64,000 bases of DNA from Octopus sinensis. Lineage: Eukaryota. Position 1 is the first letter of the stretch. Every line of letters begins with the position of its first letter. Positions 12,116 through 26,360 of this stretch are shown here, piece after piece. Both the position numbers and the translations under genes were made by a program. The stretch is from positions 44,702,001 through 44,766,000 of the forward strand of contig NC_043009.1 of assembly GCF_006345805.1 (NCBI RefSeq), written 5' to 3'. The notes below the pieces were generated by a model. That model ran no database searches. It saw only the letters and a list, made by a program, of their open reading frames with translations, and was not told where the DNA came from.

Positions 12116-12777
12116 GAAAATAATCAACAGCAGAAATAACTCTTTTCATTTTTCACAGACACACTCGCGTGCGCGCACACACGATATTTTGTATGTATAA
12201 ATATAAATGTATATATGTATATATATATAAATATATATATATCTATTTATTCATCTATATAAGTTCAGGCATACATACATGAATGTGCGTGTGTGTGCGT
12301 GTGTGTGTGTGTGTGCTGTATATTTATCTTAATAAAAGACTTATGTTTTGCAATAAAATGGTTTTCTTCCTTATTCGAGAATGTTATCAGATGATAACAT
12401 TAACATTGTGAATCTGTGGAAAGCTGCATAATTATTTCAAAACTATTTCAAGCATTTTGCAAACGTTATATTAACTACTACTACTACTACTACCACTACC
12501 ACTACCACTACCACTACTACTACTACCACTACTACTACGCTAGTACTATATTAGCATACATACACTTTTATATACTCTTACTCTTTTACTTGACTGCGGC
12601 CATGCTGGAGCACCGCCTTTTAGTCAAGCAAATCCACCCCAGCACTTATTCTTTGGAAGCCTAGTACTTATTCTATCGGTCTCTTTTGCCGAACGTAAGT
12701 TACGGGGGCGTAAACACCCCACCATCGGTTGTCATGCGATGTTGGGGGGGGGGACAAACAAAGACACACAAGCATAT

Positions 12778-12832
<55 letters not shown>

Positions 12833-13545
12833 CGACGGGATTCTTTCAGTTTCCGTCTACCAAATCCACTTACAAGGCTTTGGTCGGCCCGAGGCCATAG
12901 TAGAAGACATTTGCACAAGGTGCCACGCAGTGGGAAGGAACCCGGAACCATGTGGTTGGTAAGCAAGCCACTCCTGCGCCTACATATATTAGAATTGTAT
13001 ATCTATGATATATTATAAATATATTTTTATTGTAAATAATACACTTAGAACATCGGCAAAGATACACTTTTCATATGTTAAAAATGAAATTTTAAAAATT
13101 ATTTTCATATCCTATACTTAGGATATGCAGATTTCACGAAACGGGGATAGATACAACTGTCTTCACACGACATACCTCAAATTACTCCACTAAACACGAT
13201 ACTCCAATAAATGCAAACTCTCAACGACTCCTACGACTCGTCTTAATCAATATGTGACTCTTTATAAGAGTTCGGTTAGTCCATTCTTTCAATCCCACAT
13301 GATTATAAACAATGCACTTACAATATTAGCATACGTACATTTTTCATATCGTTGCGAGATGGAAGTGCGTTTTGAACCATTGCATTCATATTTTCCAAGC
13401 TATGGATCTCGGCTGCCAAAAAAAGCATTAAGCTCATAAGGCTCACATAATTGTGCTTCGGCCAATGACATCGATTGATGAGGTGAAATCTTTCCGCTAC
13501 ATGGTTTGTATGATGTTCAGGAACTTTTTGTCGACGGTATATAAA

Positions 13546-13790
13546 AAGGCGGCGAGCTAGTAGAAACGTTAGCACTCCGGGCGAAATGCTTAGCGGTATT
13601 TCGTCTGCCGTTACGTTGTGAGTTCAAATTCCGCCGAGGTCGACTTTGCCTTTTATTCTTTCGAGGTCGATAAATTAAGTACCAGTTACGCACTGGGCTC
13701 GATGTAATCGACTTAATACCTATGTCTGTCCTTGTTTGTCCCCTCTGTGTTTAGCCCCTTGTGGGTAATAAAGAAATAGGTATATAAAAA
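13546..13790 (+). repeat. tRNA-derived SINE family B, representative copy
   Basis: ggcgagctggcagaa.cgttagc...GAGTTCAAATTCC...aagtaccagtt. Other copies lie at about 13815-14010(-), 14390-14600(-), 18180-18320(-), 18718-18880(+), 21972-22180(+), 23840-24050(+), 31845-32230(-, two), 39615-39830(+), 56270-56460(-), 56490-56670(+), 57925-58100(-) and 58407-58820(+, tandem). Confidence 0.88.
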
Positions 13791-15199
13791 GGCAGGCAAG
13801 TTAAAAATTGCTTTCAGATTTTGGCACAGGCCCAGCAATTTTATGGAAGGGGTAATTCGTTTACATCGAGCCCAGTATTCAGCTGGTTCTTATTTTATCT
13901 ACCTCAAAGGGACGGAAGCCGAAGTTTTGACCTTGGCGAAATTTTAACTCAGAACGCGAAGACGGCCGAAATGCCGCTAAATATTTTCCCGGCGTGCTAA
14001 CGGCTCTACCACTTCGCCGCTTTGTCTGTCTTTAAATATTAAAAACTGTTGATGACACCACTCGGAGTTATGCTGGTAAATCTCACGAAAAGTCGTTCTT
14101 ATTTTCTTATCTTAATCTGTCCTTGTTAATTATGAATCATTGCGGTTGTATATATCAGAACGTTGCACTGGCCAAATGTTCTTTTAATCGTTAATTCTCA
14201 AATGCTGTTATCCATTCGCTTGCTGTAAAAATGTATTTATCATATTCCCGGTTAAATAAGCAGAATGAAAAGTGATAATTCAGTGTGCTTTTGTGACTGC
14301 ATCACAATTAATTTAAATATATTATGAATATAAATTCATATTTATAAATAATATATCTAGAATATTAACACTTATGTATATTGGTTTCAAATTTTGGCAC
14401 AAGACCAGGAAGTACATCGACCCCACTACTCAACTAGTACTTATTTTGGCGAACGAAAGATCACCCTTATTTTATCGACCCTGGAAGGGAATGAAAGGCA
14501 AAGTCAACTTCAGCTGCATTTGAACTCAGAACGTAAAGACGGACGAAATGCTGCAAAGCATTTTGCCTGGCGTGTCACCGGTTCTGCCAGCTTGCTGCTT
14601 TATATATGTAGAATATTAGCATGCATGCATGCATGCATGCATGCATGCATACATACATACATACATACATATACATATGTACATATACATACATACATAT
14701 ACATACATACATATACATATATATATATATTAAACTATGGTTGCAGAACAAACAAATACAAGGTCATCCACGTAACATTTCATATCTCGAACATTTAATC
14801 ACATAATGCTTTTTCTTTCACATAGAATATATTGTATAAAATCACGGAAGATGAAACACAACTCATCAGTACAAGCATATAAGAAAAATACAAGAAAAAT
14901 GTGTGAATACAGTTCATCGCAGTTAAAAGTTAACGATTAATACTTTAGCGACTAAAAAATATATATTTTTTTTAAACATTACAATACCTAGAATAATAAA
15001 TACATAAAAATATAAAGAAATATATAAATATATAGATATATAAAAAGATATAAAAGTATAAAAATACATATATATAGGAAGCATATAAATAAGTAATATA
15101 TAATATATAAGGTAAGATAAAAGTTGATCGTTTAGAAATTTTTTTTTTTTCGATTAAAAATTACTTTTCAAGATAATGGAAACCTATAGTTAAAAGCCA

Positions 15200-17000
15200 G
15201 TGTCCAAGCAAAAAAGAAGAAACCATATTTACATTCCCTACGGCCATTTCAGGGGTACATCACTGTATCTAATGCACGAGGGCGCATCACAATAATTACT
15301 CCTTCGTCAGGGGAAAAATAAAGAAACAGACATCACGTACCAGGGCGAGACCTCCTTAACCAAACTTAACATAATATTGCGTGGTTTCTTATTTAAGAAG
15401 TCATGCTTAGACCAGCCCAAATAAAAGAATTAAAACAGTAAAAAAAAGTTTTTAAAAAAACCGTTAAAAAAAAGAAAAAAGAAAAAAAAGGCCCGATATT
15501 AATGGGTGTATTAAATTAAATTCAACCTCGATGGTTTCAATTCCCTGTAAGAGCTAAATTATTGACTTGCTACAACTTATTTTATTCCTGTATACTTTTA
15601 AGAATGTAGATGAAAATTTATGGATGCAAAAAGGAATCACGTCAGTAAATTTATTCAGAGTGTGTGGTCCATAACCCCTAAGGATGGTAAGGGATTCCCT
15701 TATGCGCAGCTTACACTTGTTAATATTTCCTTTGAAATTTGGGGTTTTAGAGACAATGGACCATTCTAGATAATAATTCTCATTCTTCTTCTTCAAATTA
15801 TGTATATGGGATGCAAGTGTTGTTGAATTACAATATTTATCGTTAGAAAATGAGCTCATATGCTATCTATATCTAGCCTTAAAATCTACCGTGCTACCTA
15901 TATAAAATTTATTTAACTTATCCTCGTCCTTGACTACACATTTATATATGACGTTAGTAACTAGACAGGAACCATCTAAAGGACATAATTCGGGGTTTCT
16001 ACAATTACATTTCTTCCCGGGACCTTTCCTAGTTTTATTTCTATTGTTACCTTTACTTTTTGTATCCTCAGTTCTAGACAGGTTTCCCTCTTTCATTCCA
16101 TCAAATCTTCCCTTATTACTTGGGTTCGATAGACCCGGTAAAGGCAGATTGTTTGTACCATTGGCATTAGGCGTTACATAATTATTATTCGCAGGTCCTT
16201 GGTCATCCTCAAAGGAACTTTTCCAGCTATCCCGCCCAGCAAGCTTGCTTCTATTGATTGATGCAATAATCGCAGCAAAGTTAGGCATTACAGAGTAAGA
16301 GAACTTGATCGTTGACTTGTTGCAAATACTATAGTATTTATGATTCCTTGGGAAGTTCTCCTTCAGAATTCTAAAAAACATTTTTGGTAAGTTCCTTACT
16401 CCAAGGGAGAAAGGGGGAGCGAACCAAACAACTTCCCTTATTCTAGACCGTGAGCCTCCCGTTTTATTTAACTCCTTGTCAAGATTATTAATTTTCTTAT
16501 ACCTGCACCTATTACGAGCATCGCTAAACACATTACTACTCAAAGGCCGCTTATTATTGCAGTCGGGTGGTTCCCTGCATTTATTCATAGTATTCGTGAC
16601 GTGTTTAATTGGCAAACCAGCCATTTTGTTTTTGAGTCTAGTATCAGGGATATAACATATTTTAGATTTGAAGCCACTTAATTTTAGGGCATGATACACC
16701 GGTTCATGATGTTCAAATATTTTTTCATTCGCAGATAAATTAGATATTCTAGTTGAAATCGCAGTAATGATGCTGTCTATTGTGGATTTTGGGTGATTGG
16801 ATGATACATTAATATATGATATATTAGGCTTACGAAAGGGATAATAGAGACCGGTATTTAAACACAAGGTAATATCCAAAAAATTTACCACCCTAGAATT
16901 AATGTCGAAGATGATGTCAAGATTAAAAAAATCCCTCAAGAAGCTTCTCAGCGATTTCTTTAATCTGTTAAATTCCGTCTTAGAGAGGCCCAGCACAGCA
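15200..17000 (-). mobile_element. 5'-truncated Penelope-like retroelement (RT C-terminus + Cys-rich linker + GIY-YIG endonuclease)
   Basis: ORFs 15863-16996 and 15554-15859 are in frame, separated by one TAG (KARYR*HMSS). Motifs are VNFLDITL, YRKPN-like FRKPN, SSNHP, WFAPPFS, CNCRNPELCPLDGSCL, VIYKC..FYIGST..FK.RY and ESLTIL. A hammerhead lies downstream. Confidence 0.92.
15234..15315 (-). ncRNA. Type I hammerhead ribozyme with long stem II, in the 3' region of a Penelope-like element
   Basis: Minus strand reads TTCCC-CTGACGA-[AGGAGTA/TACCCCT, ATTATTGT/ACAGTGAT, GATGCGC/GTGCATT, loop CCTC]-GAA-ATGGCCGT-A-GGGAA. Core is intact, stem I is 5 bp, stem III is self-complementary, and the cleavage triplet is GUA. 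Confidence 0.85.
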
Positions 17001-17536
17001 AAATATTTTTAAAATATTTTTCATTTGTTTTATTTATTTTATTTAAAAAATTTTTATCTTTTATATTTTTTGCTTTTTTAAATTTTATTGTGTTTTATTT
17101 ATTTTATTTCATGTTTTATTTTATTTTATTTTATTTTTACAGGACCTCACTAACTATAAACAGTATGAAATACGTGAACAAACGAATTAAATTAGCAAAG
17201 AGAGAAAAAAATGTGTTACTTGTTCTGTTTTCCACTTTTTCTCTTGTTGTTTGCGTATTTAACTCGTTTACAGTTGGTGATATCCTGTACCAATATATGC
17301 ATATATATATATATATATATATACTCTTTTACTTGTTTCAGTCATTTGACTGCGGCCATGCTGGAGCACCACCTTTAATCGAGCAACTCGACCCCGGGAC
17401 TTATTCTTTTGTAAGCCCAGTACTTATTCTATCGGTCTCTTTTTGCCGAACCGCTAAGTAACGGGGACATAAACACACCAGCATCGGTTGTCAAGCAATG
17501 CTAAGGGACAAACACACAAACACACACACACACACA

Positions 17537-17577
<41 letters not shown>

Positions 17578-17579
17578 AT

Positions 17580-17639
<60 letters not shown>

Positions 17640-18018
17640 TACGACAGGCTTCTTTCAGTTTCCGTCTACCAAATTCACTCACAAGGCATTGGTCGGCCCG
17701 GGGCTATAGCAGAAGACACTTGTCCAAGATGCCACGCAGTGGGACTGAACCCGGAACCATGTGGTTGGTTAGCAAGCTACTTACCACACAGCCACTCCTA
17801 TATATATGTGCTGTCTTGTTCCTCCCCCACCACTACGAAACTCTATAAAATGATTAAAATTCCCCACAAAGGAATTATTTTGATTTGAAAACCCCTCTAG
17901 AATGGGAGAAAGCGCTAATGATCTGAATGATATGATATATATATGTAAAAAATGTAATATATAAATAAATATCTGTAAATATGAACCATCCGATCTTCTG
18001 ATTACCTCATTTCTTCTA

Positions 18019-18127
<109 letters not shown>

Positions 18128-19026
18128 GTGCGTGCATATATATATATTATATATTATTTATATAACACACACACATAGCTTTCAAATTTTGGTAGAAGGC
18201 TAGCAATATCAGGCAAAGATGAAAGTCGATTATATCGATCCCAGTGCCCAACTGGTACTTAATTTATTGACCCCAAAAGGGTGAAAGGCAAAGCCGACCT
18301 TGACGGAATTTGAACTTAGGCTGCGTTCATTTGTCCAGAGGCTATGGCGAAAGAGGTTATATGGTTGATGAGGTTGAAAGGATAAAGGAAAGACACCGTC
18401 CTGTTTAGTCAGGCTTCCATCAACTTTTGTTAAGTTCCACTTGGAAAGGAAAGAGAGGCGGAGTGAGAAAGTAAATGTTTAATAACTTTGAAGTAAATAT
18501 TTTTGTAAGTTAATTGGAACGAATATATTTAATGTCGGGATTCGAAATCTAATTAGGAACTGTGATGGGAAGAGACCAATGACTTGCAATATATTTTGAT
18601 TATGATTTTCTATTGTAAGGGAGACAACTCAGACATGTTTTAACAGACCACCGTAGTTACCCGAAGTGACAATGAGAGAATCAAAAGGATGACAGTACTT
18701 TATTGGTCTTATGATTGTCGAGCTGGCAGAATCGTTAGCACGCCTGGCGAAATGCTTTGCAGTACTTCACCTGTCTTAATGTTCTCAGTCCAAATCCCGT
18801 CGAAGTCAACTTTGCCTTTCATCCTTTCGCAGTCGATAAAATAAATACTAGTTTAGTACTGGAGTCGATGTAATCAACTATCGGATCTTTTCGGTTTGAA
18901 CGGCAGTTTTTCGCCTTTTAATATATATAGAGATATCACTGTATCAACCAGACTATTGGATTTTGTTATACATTACTGGTCACAATACGATTCCAATTCT
19001 TACTTGATGTGCCATTGTTTTCTATC

Positions 19027-20500
19027 TTAGCCCAAATTATTTAACAAAATTATTGTGGAGATCTTCTGAATTGCCTCTTTCTGATCACTTGGGTACCACT
19101 TGACAAATGTATGGGTCCACCTGTTCTCTCCAAACCTTGCAACGTGAGAAACTAGAGCTTTTGGTATTCTTTGATCATGTTGCATACAAATTACCTCATT
19201 TTGAGTATGCTTTCGCAATGATATTCCTATGATGGATCTTTCCATGGTTCTTTGTATCATAGTTGATGTTCTTCCCTCATTACAGTGCCTTACATCTTGC
19301 TGGTGTATAAGAGTGCAGGTAGGATAGTGCTTTTGAATAGTCTGGCATGTAGTGTTTTGTCTTGCCCTGCTTTGAGCACATCCTTTATTGAGGTAAATGC
19401 CTGCTATCCTACCCTTATTTGCTTTGAGATTTCAGCATTCATGTCTCAGTGTGTATTCACGGTATACCCTAAGTAGACAAACTCCTTTACCTTCTTGATT
19501 TTATCACTTCTCACCTCTATTCGGTCTTGTGTTAGATTTTCAGACTTCATATATTGTTTCCATGTAATTCATCTTGAGGCCAAATGCTGGGCTATGGGTT
19601 TCTAAACTCTACAAGCTGTTTACAAAGGTCATAGTCACCAGATCATCAAAACACCTCGATGACCAGCAGCCAAAGGAGCATGCAGGTTTCAGTAAAAACT
19701 ACAGGATGATGGATCATATATTCACTCTAACATAGCTTATAGTATTAATGAAAGAATATAAGCTGCCTCTGTGCATCACTTTCATCAATTACAAAAAGGC
19801 CTTCAATAGCCTCAAAATGAAAGCATTACTGAAATCTCTGGAAATGCAAGGTGTTATGGTGCAATACATCAAACTGTTTAGGGATGTGAACCCTGGATGC
19901 ACCACTATTGTAGTTTGTTTTGCTATTGCCACTTGTCAGAGAAGAGCATCAAACAAGGAGATGGATGGAAGCACTCCGTCGGTTACGACGACGAGGGTTC
20001 CGGTTGATCCAATCAACGGAACAGCCTGCTCGTGAAATTAACGTGTAAGTGGCTGAGCACTCCACAGACACGTGTACCCTTAACGTAGTTCTCGGGGATA
20101 TTCAGTGTGACACAGAGAGTGACAAGGCTGGCCCTTTGAAATACAGGTACAACAGAAACAGGAAGTAAGAGTGAGAGAAAGTTGTGGTGAAAGAGTACAG
20201 CAGAGATCACCACCATCCCTGCCGGAGCCTCATGGACCTTTAGGTGTTTTCGCTCAATAAACACTCACAACGCCCGGTCTGGGAATCGAAACCGCGATCC
20301 TACGACCGCGAGTCCGCTGCCCTAACCACTGGGTCATTGCACCTCCACAAACAAGGAGATACCATGTCTTCAAAGCTTTTCATTACATGTTTAGAAACAG
20401 TCATCAGAGATATTGACTGGGGAGGTGGTGTGAACATCATTGGCAAGCCACTAACACACCTTTGACTTGCAGATGACATCATACTCACTGCCGAAACCAC
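19027..20500. mobile_element. RTE-clade LINE reverse transcriptase remnant with inverted 5' part
   Basis: + strand 19607-20500 gives LYKLFTKVIVTR, QQPKEHAGF, DHIFTL, LPLCITFINYKKAFNSL, KQGDTMSSKLF and LADDIIL. The - strand 19615-19027 gives SLETHSPAFGLKMN and IQRTMERSIIGISLR. Confidence 0.88.
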
Positions 20501-21362
20501 ACACTCACACACATCCCCATGTTTTGTAATCTTTTGCATGACATTATACATTGTGTATATGGTCTGCATAGTCAAGTGTGCCAAACGAAATACAATGTAA
20601 TATTTAGTTACAGGCTTTTGTCTTCAGAGTTAAAAATCTCGCTGATGTCAACTTTGACTTCCATCTCTCCAGGCTTGGTAAAATAACATACCAGTCAAGT
20701 ACTAAGGGTTGATGGTATTAACACCTTCTTCTCAAATTTTTTGGCCTTGTGCCTCAATTAGAAACAATTACTATTATTTTTATTATTATTATTATCATTA
20801 TGTTTTTTCCTTCTTTCTTCAAATTTTCTTCCGTTTCTTGCCGAGTGTTTTCCATATACCTAGGGCAGAGTAGGGCATTGTATGCATTTCCAGATTACAT
20901 GTGCAAATTCAAAGATAAAATATGTATTAAAAATTAATAACTAAATAATTCATGGATGGATGTTTTTTTCACAGCGCGATAATCTCTTCTTAGTACATGA
21001 TGCCGTTCCAGTTAATACGATTTTTGCACTTCCTGTAGGGATGGTAAGCCTGGAATCATTTTCAAATAGGTTTCAGTACCTTTTTTTATCATTCTAGAGA
21101 TCCTACAATCACTGGTACTGTAGTCGCCATGAGTGCCGCCGCCGCCGCCGCCGCCACCACGTCACCGCACACCACCACCACCACCACCACCACCACCACC
21201 ACCACCACCACCATCATCATCATCATTTCATTTCTGTATTTGGTTTGCAAGATTCTTTATGTGAGTTTGTGTTGACGCATACTTTATTGTTTCTGGAGAG
21301 AGTCATTCTCTTTTAGTGCCTTATTAATTTAACACACTCATGGGTCTGATTATTATTATTAT

Positions 21363-21935
21363 TGAGTGAGAGAGCAGTGCATGCCATCAAAGTGACACTG
21401 GGGTAAAATATACGAAGCCCAGTATACTCATCATGACTACCCATCTGATGAGAGTACACTAGGCACATGCATCACAACCATGTGTTCGCGACATGGTGAT
21501 CTCATATCAAGATAAACAGCACATGACCTTGCAGGTGGAACCCCAGTTAGAATTTTCTTCTGGTCGAGTAACTCATCTCAATCAAAAGGTCCCTGTATAA
21601 GGGTTGTTTAAGGATGTTGAACGAAATACCCATGTTTCCAGAGGTGAATTATTCAAACCCCAAAGAATTCCTCTCAACATATGGCTATGATGCTCCCCCA
21701 CTACTTCTGCTTGTGATCAGAGATGCACATATCATCGGCCACTAAGGGACATGTTCAACTGGTTGAGGTCAAACAACTGACAAGCAAATCTGGGGTATTG
21801 AGCAAGATTTGCTGTAGCCCATCTTTTATACCAAGACAAACAATGTACATGATAACACTTCCAATCAGTTAAGATCAGAAGCAATGAGAGCCACGCCTGC
21901 TGGTACTGCGTCAGGGCATTATTATTATTATTATT
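21363..21935 (+). repeat. Repeat family F (~580 bp, (TTA)n tail, non-coding retroposon-like)
   Basis: A near-full-length second copy lies inverted at about 59225-59785. Confidence 0.8.
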
Positions 21936-22218
21936 ATTATTATAATTATTATTATTATTATTATTAAGAAAGTGAGCTGGCAGAATCGCTAACACACTGG
22001 ACGAAATGCTTAGCGGTATTTCATCTGGCACTATGTTCTGAGTTCATATTTCACCAAGGTCAACTTTGTCTTTCATCCTCTTATAGAGTTGATAAAAGAA
22101 GTACCAGTTGACTACTAGGGGCTGCTGTAATCAACTAGCTCCCTTCCCTAAAAGTTTTAGTCCTTGTGTTGATAGTAGAAAGGATCAGCATCATCATCAT
22201 CATCTTTATTACTATTAC

Positions 22219-22263
<45 letters not shown>

Positions 22264-22300
22264 TATCATTATTATTATTATTATTATTATTATATTATTA

Positions 22301-22331
<31 letters not shown>

Positions 22332-22560
22332 TATTATTATCACTATTATTATTCAGGTCTTGAGCCTATATAGTAGAAAGAATTAGTATTGTCATTATTA
22401 TGTGCTGAGTTCAAATTCCACTGAGGTCAACTTTGCATTGGGGTCAATATAATTGACTAACCCCTTTCCTTAAAACTTCAAGCCTTTTGCTTATGATAAA
22501 TGTAATTAAATGGATCCCTCTCACTAAGGTTGCTGGCCCAGTTTGAAACCATTATTAACA

Positions 22561-23297
22561 TTAACCATTTAGCATTCAGATTTCTCTGTCAAATGTAATG
22601 CTTATATATTCACATTGATTTGAATTTGTCTTGTATTACCTTAACTTGGATATTTCGATGATATAATTGTTTATTTTTAGAATAACATTGTAGGGTAAGT
22701 GTGAGAGGCCAGATCTGGTCAGTTCGATGATGAAACAGTGTGCTAACAATTCTGCCAGCTCACTTCCTTAATAATAATAATGATAATAATAATAATCATC
22801 ATCATCATCATCATCATTTAGCGTCCGCTTTCCATGCTAGCATGGGTTGGACGGGTCAACTGGGGTCTGTGTAGCTGGAAGGCTTCGTCAGGCCCAGTCA
22901 GATCTGGCAGTGTTTCTACGGCTGGATGCCCTTCCTAACGCCAACCACTCCACGAGTGTAGTGGGTGTTTTTACGTGCCACCTGCACAGGTGCCAGAAGA
23001 GCTGGCGAACGGCCACGAACGGATGGTGCTTTTACGTGTCACCGGCACGGGGCCAGGCGATGCTGGCAACGGACACGAACAGATGGTGCTTTTACGTGCC
23101 ACCGATACGGGGCCAGACAGAGCTGGCAAACGACCACGAACGAACGGTGCTTTTACGTGTCACCGGCACGGGGGCCAGCCGAGGCTGGCAACGAACACGA
23201 ACGGATGGTGCTTTTACGTGCCACCGACACGGGGCCAGACAGAGCTGGCAAACGGCCATGAACGGACGGTGCTTTTACGTGAATAATAATAATAATA

Positions 23298-23335
<38 letters not shown>

Positions 23336-23835
23336 CAGACCCATGAGTTTGTTAAATTAATAAGGCAATAAAAGAGAATGACTCCCCAGAAACAATGAAC
23401 AGGCGCAGGAATGGCTGTGTGGTAAGTAGCTTGCTTACCAACCACATGGTTCCGGGTTCAGTCCCACTGCGTGGCACCTTGGGCAAGTGTCTTCTACTAT
23501 AGCCTCGGGCCGACCAAAGCCTTGTGAGTGGATTTGGTAGATGGAAACTGAAAGAATCCCGTCATATATATATGTGTGTGTTTGTGTGTCTGTGTTTGTC
23601 CCCCCCAACATCACTTGACAACCGATGCTGGTGTGTTTATGTCCCCCGTATCTTAGCAGTTCGGCAAAAGAGACCGATAGAATAAGTACTAGGCTTACAA
23701 AGAATAAGTCCTGGGGTCGATTTGCTCGACTAAAGGCAGTGCTCCAGCATGGCCGCAGTCAAATGAGTGAAACAAATAAAAGAGTAAAGAGATTATTTTG
23801 GCCAGATATGGCAGGTGTAAATGCTAAAGGGTTAA
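22561..23835. mobile_element. Second copy of the same TTAA MITE, split by nested repeats
   Basis: Left end ttaaccatttagcattc at 22561 and right end gctaaagggttaa at 23835; internal similarity to 24104-24332. Confidence 0.6.
22800..23282 (-). repeat. Repeat family E with (ATG)n tail and internal ~44-bp tandem units
   Basis: catcat..tttagcgtccgctttccatgctagcatgggttggacgg..ggatgcccttcctaacgccaacc, followed by repeated gtgcttttacgtgccaccggcacgggg units. Other copies lie at about 24895-25050(-), 27713-28100(+, ~62-bp units) and 62134-62450(-). Confidence 0.8.
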
Positions 23836-24103
23836 GATAGCAAGCTGGCAGAATTATTAGTGCTTTGGATAAAATGCTCAGCAGGATTTCTTCTGGTTCT
23901 TTACGTTCCAAGTTCAAATCCTGCTGTGGTCAACTTCGCCTTTTATTCTTTCGGGGTTGATAAAATAAGTACCAGTTAAGTACTGGGTTTGCTGTAATCA
24001 ACGAATGCCCTCTCCCCTAAAACTGCTGGTTTTGTGCCTATTTTAGAAAGAATTAATATTGTTGCTGTTGTTGTTGATGTTTGTTTTTTATATATTTATT
24101 TAT

Positions 24104-24332
24104 TTAACCCTTTAGTGTTTGCATTATTCTGCCAAAATTAATGCTTTTTCATCTACATTGTTTTGAACTAATCATCTATTATCTTGTAGCTATGAGATTT
24201 TGATGAGGTAGCTGTTAATTTTTAAAACGATATTGTAGGGCTGGTGTAAGAGACCAGATCTGGCCAGTTTGAACATAAAACAGGTTGAATACTTTTGGCC
24301 GGATATGGCTGGTTTAAATGCTAAAGGGTTAA
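24104..24332. mobile_element. piggyBac-type MITE
   Basis: TTAA-CCCTTTAG...CTAAAGGG-TTAA termini. Confidence 0.75.
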
Positions 24333-24625
24333 TGCATATCTAGATTATCATGATTTAAGGATGGGAACAAGAGAAAAAAATATGAAATGAAGCTAAGAGT
24401 GATTTTGTATTGTTTTAGAGACATTCATTTTTTAAAAATTTCTGCTGTATAAGCAACAACAATGATGATAATGATGACGACAACAGTGCCAAGAACAAGA
24501 AAACTCATTAAAAAAAGATAAAGTAATGAAAGCAAAGAAAGCTATGAGCTTGCTGCTCTTCCAACATCACTCTCAGACAATTACATATATATATGTGCGC
24601 AGATGTGGATGTTTTTACCTTTATA

Positions 24626-24664
<39 letters not shown>

Positions 24665-25857
24665 CACAGATGTTAAATAATGACGATGGTGATATATATA
24701 TATGCATATACACATATATGCATGTGTATATATATATATATATATACACACACATACATACGTATATATATATACACACACACACACGCATATATATATA
24801 TATATGTATACATATATATATATATACTCATGTATATGTAAATATATATACATATATATATGTATATATACATAGATATATATGTATATATATATCATCA
24901 TCATCATCATCATCTTCATTTAGCATATGCTTTCCATGCTAGCATAGGTTGGACGGTTCAACTGGGGTCTGGGAAGCCAGAAGGCTGCACCAGGCCCAGT
25001 CTGATCTGGCAATGTTTCTACGGCTGGATGCCCTTCCTAACGCCAACCACACACACACACATACACACACACGTACACATTTATATATGCATACATGAAA
25101 AGAAAAAAAAATCTGAAATAATCCTAGGTGTTTCAGACACTCCCCCTCCAATATGACTCCTTACATACAAATGCATATCCCAACACACAGAAATACATAT
25201 ATTCACACATATCATCATCCTCAGAGACACAGATGCTTCTTTCCCACATCACTTAAAGCCCCCCCCCACTTCCATACAAACTTTCTTAGTTTGTCTTTGT
25301 ATTTTTAACTACAACAGATTCGGTGGGGCAAAAGGTTACTCTAATGATGACACTGATCCTTTGAATGGAGCTGTAACTGTTCCCTCCACCCATTCAACTC
25401 TGCACTTCATTTCACTTGCTTTTCTGCACATCTTCAGTCACTCACACAAACTACATAGACCTGCTATTTACTCTCTTCTGAACCCTAAAATCACATTCAT
25501 GCACCTTAGAAACTGCATATAATCTACCATTTCATTGACTCCACCAATCCCCATTCATGATACATACACACAGACATACCCTCCAGGCAATATACACACA
25601 TGCTCTTGATTTTGTACTCATTGTTCTATTTTATTTTTTCATTATTTCTCATTTATTGTTCCATGTGAGAGCTACATTCATATTCCACACTCTGTAGGCA
25701 ATAAAATTAACATATCAACTGTTCTATAAGTGAGCTACATTCACTGTTTATACTATATAGACAAATTAAACACTTTAGCTGTTTCACGATACATACAATA
25801 CATACTAACATAGATGCATTAACTGTTTCATGTAAGAACAATGTTTATTGTCCACAG

Positions 25858-25890
<33 letters not shown>

Positions 25891-25942
25891 ATATAAACTA
25901 ACACAGTTCCATGTAAATAAAATATTAAAAAATAGGGAAAAC

Positions 25943-26360
25943 TTATTGGGTTATCCCATAAATAATGCTGTTTTTTAATACTTCTTTTATTTTTCAAAAT
26001 TAAGATAAACAAAGGTCTTTTTTAATCTAAAATATACTTCTCCTTCATTTTCTTTGCAAGGCCCCTTTCCCAAAATACACTTGTCCATGATGAAAAATAC
26101 TCCTCCAGTGCTGTTCTGACCTCGTCTACAGAATTCATATTTTTTTGTATCCAAATGATTTTGATGACTAGGGAATAAATGATAATCAGATGGGGGCAAT
26201 GCCTGACGAATATGGTGGGTGGGGCATCGTTTCCCATTCAAATAGCTCCGTCCTTTGGAATGTCATCCTTGCTGCATGTGGCTAAGCATGGAAGAACACC
26301 TTTTGTCTTGAAACCAAAGATGGTCGTTTTCCTTCTAGTGCAGGTGTCAATGAATGGTTA
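25943..26360 (-). mobile_element. Mariner transposase C-terminal fragment with TIR
   Basis: PPSDYHLFP motif; terminal tattgggttatcccataaataatg. Confidence 0.75.

Noticed and set aside
25318-25375. Possible exon after a good acceptor (FGGAKGYSNDDTDPLNGA)
   Set aside because: No convincing donor and no recognisable calpain domain III motif.
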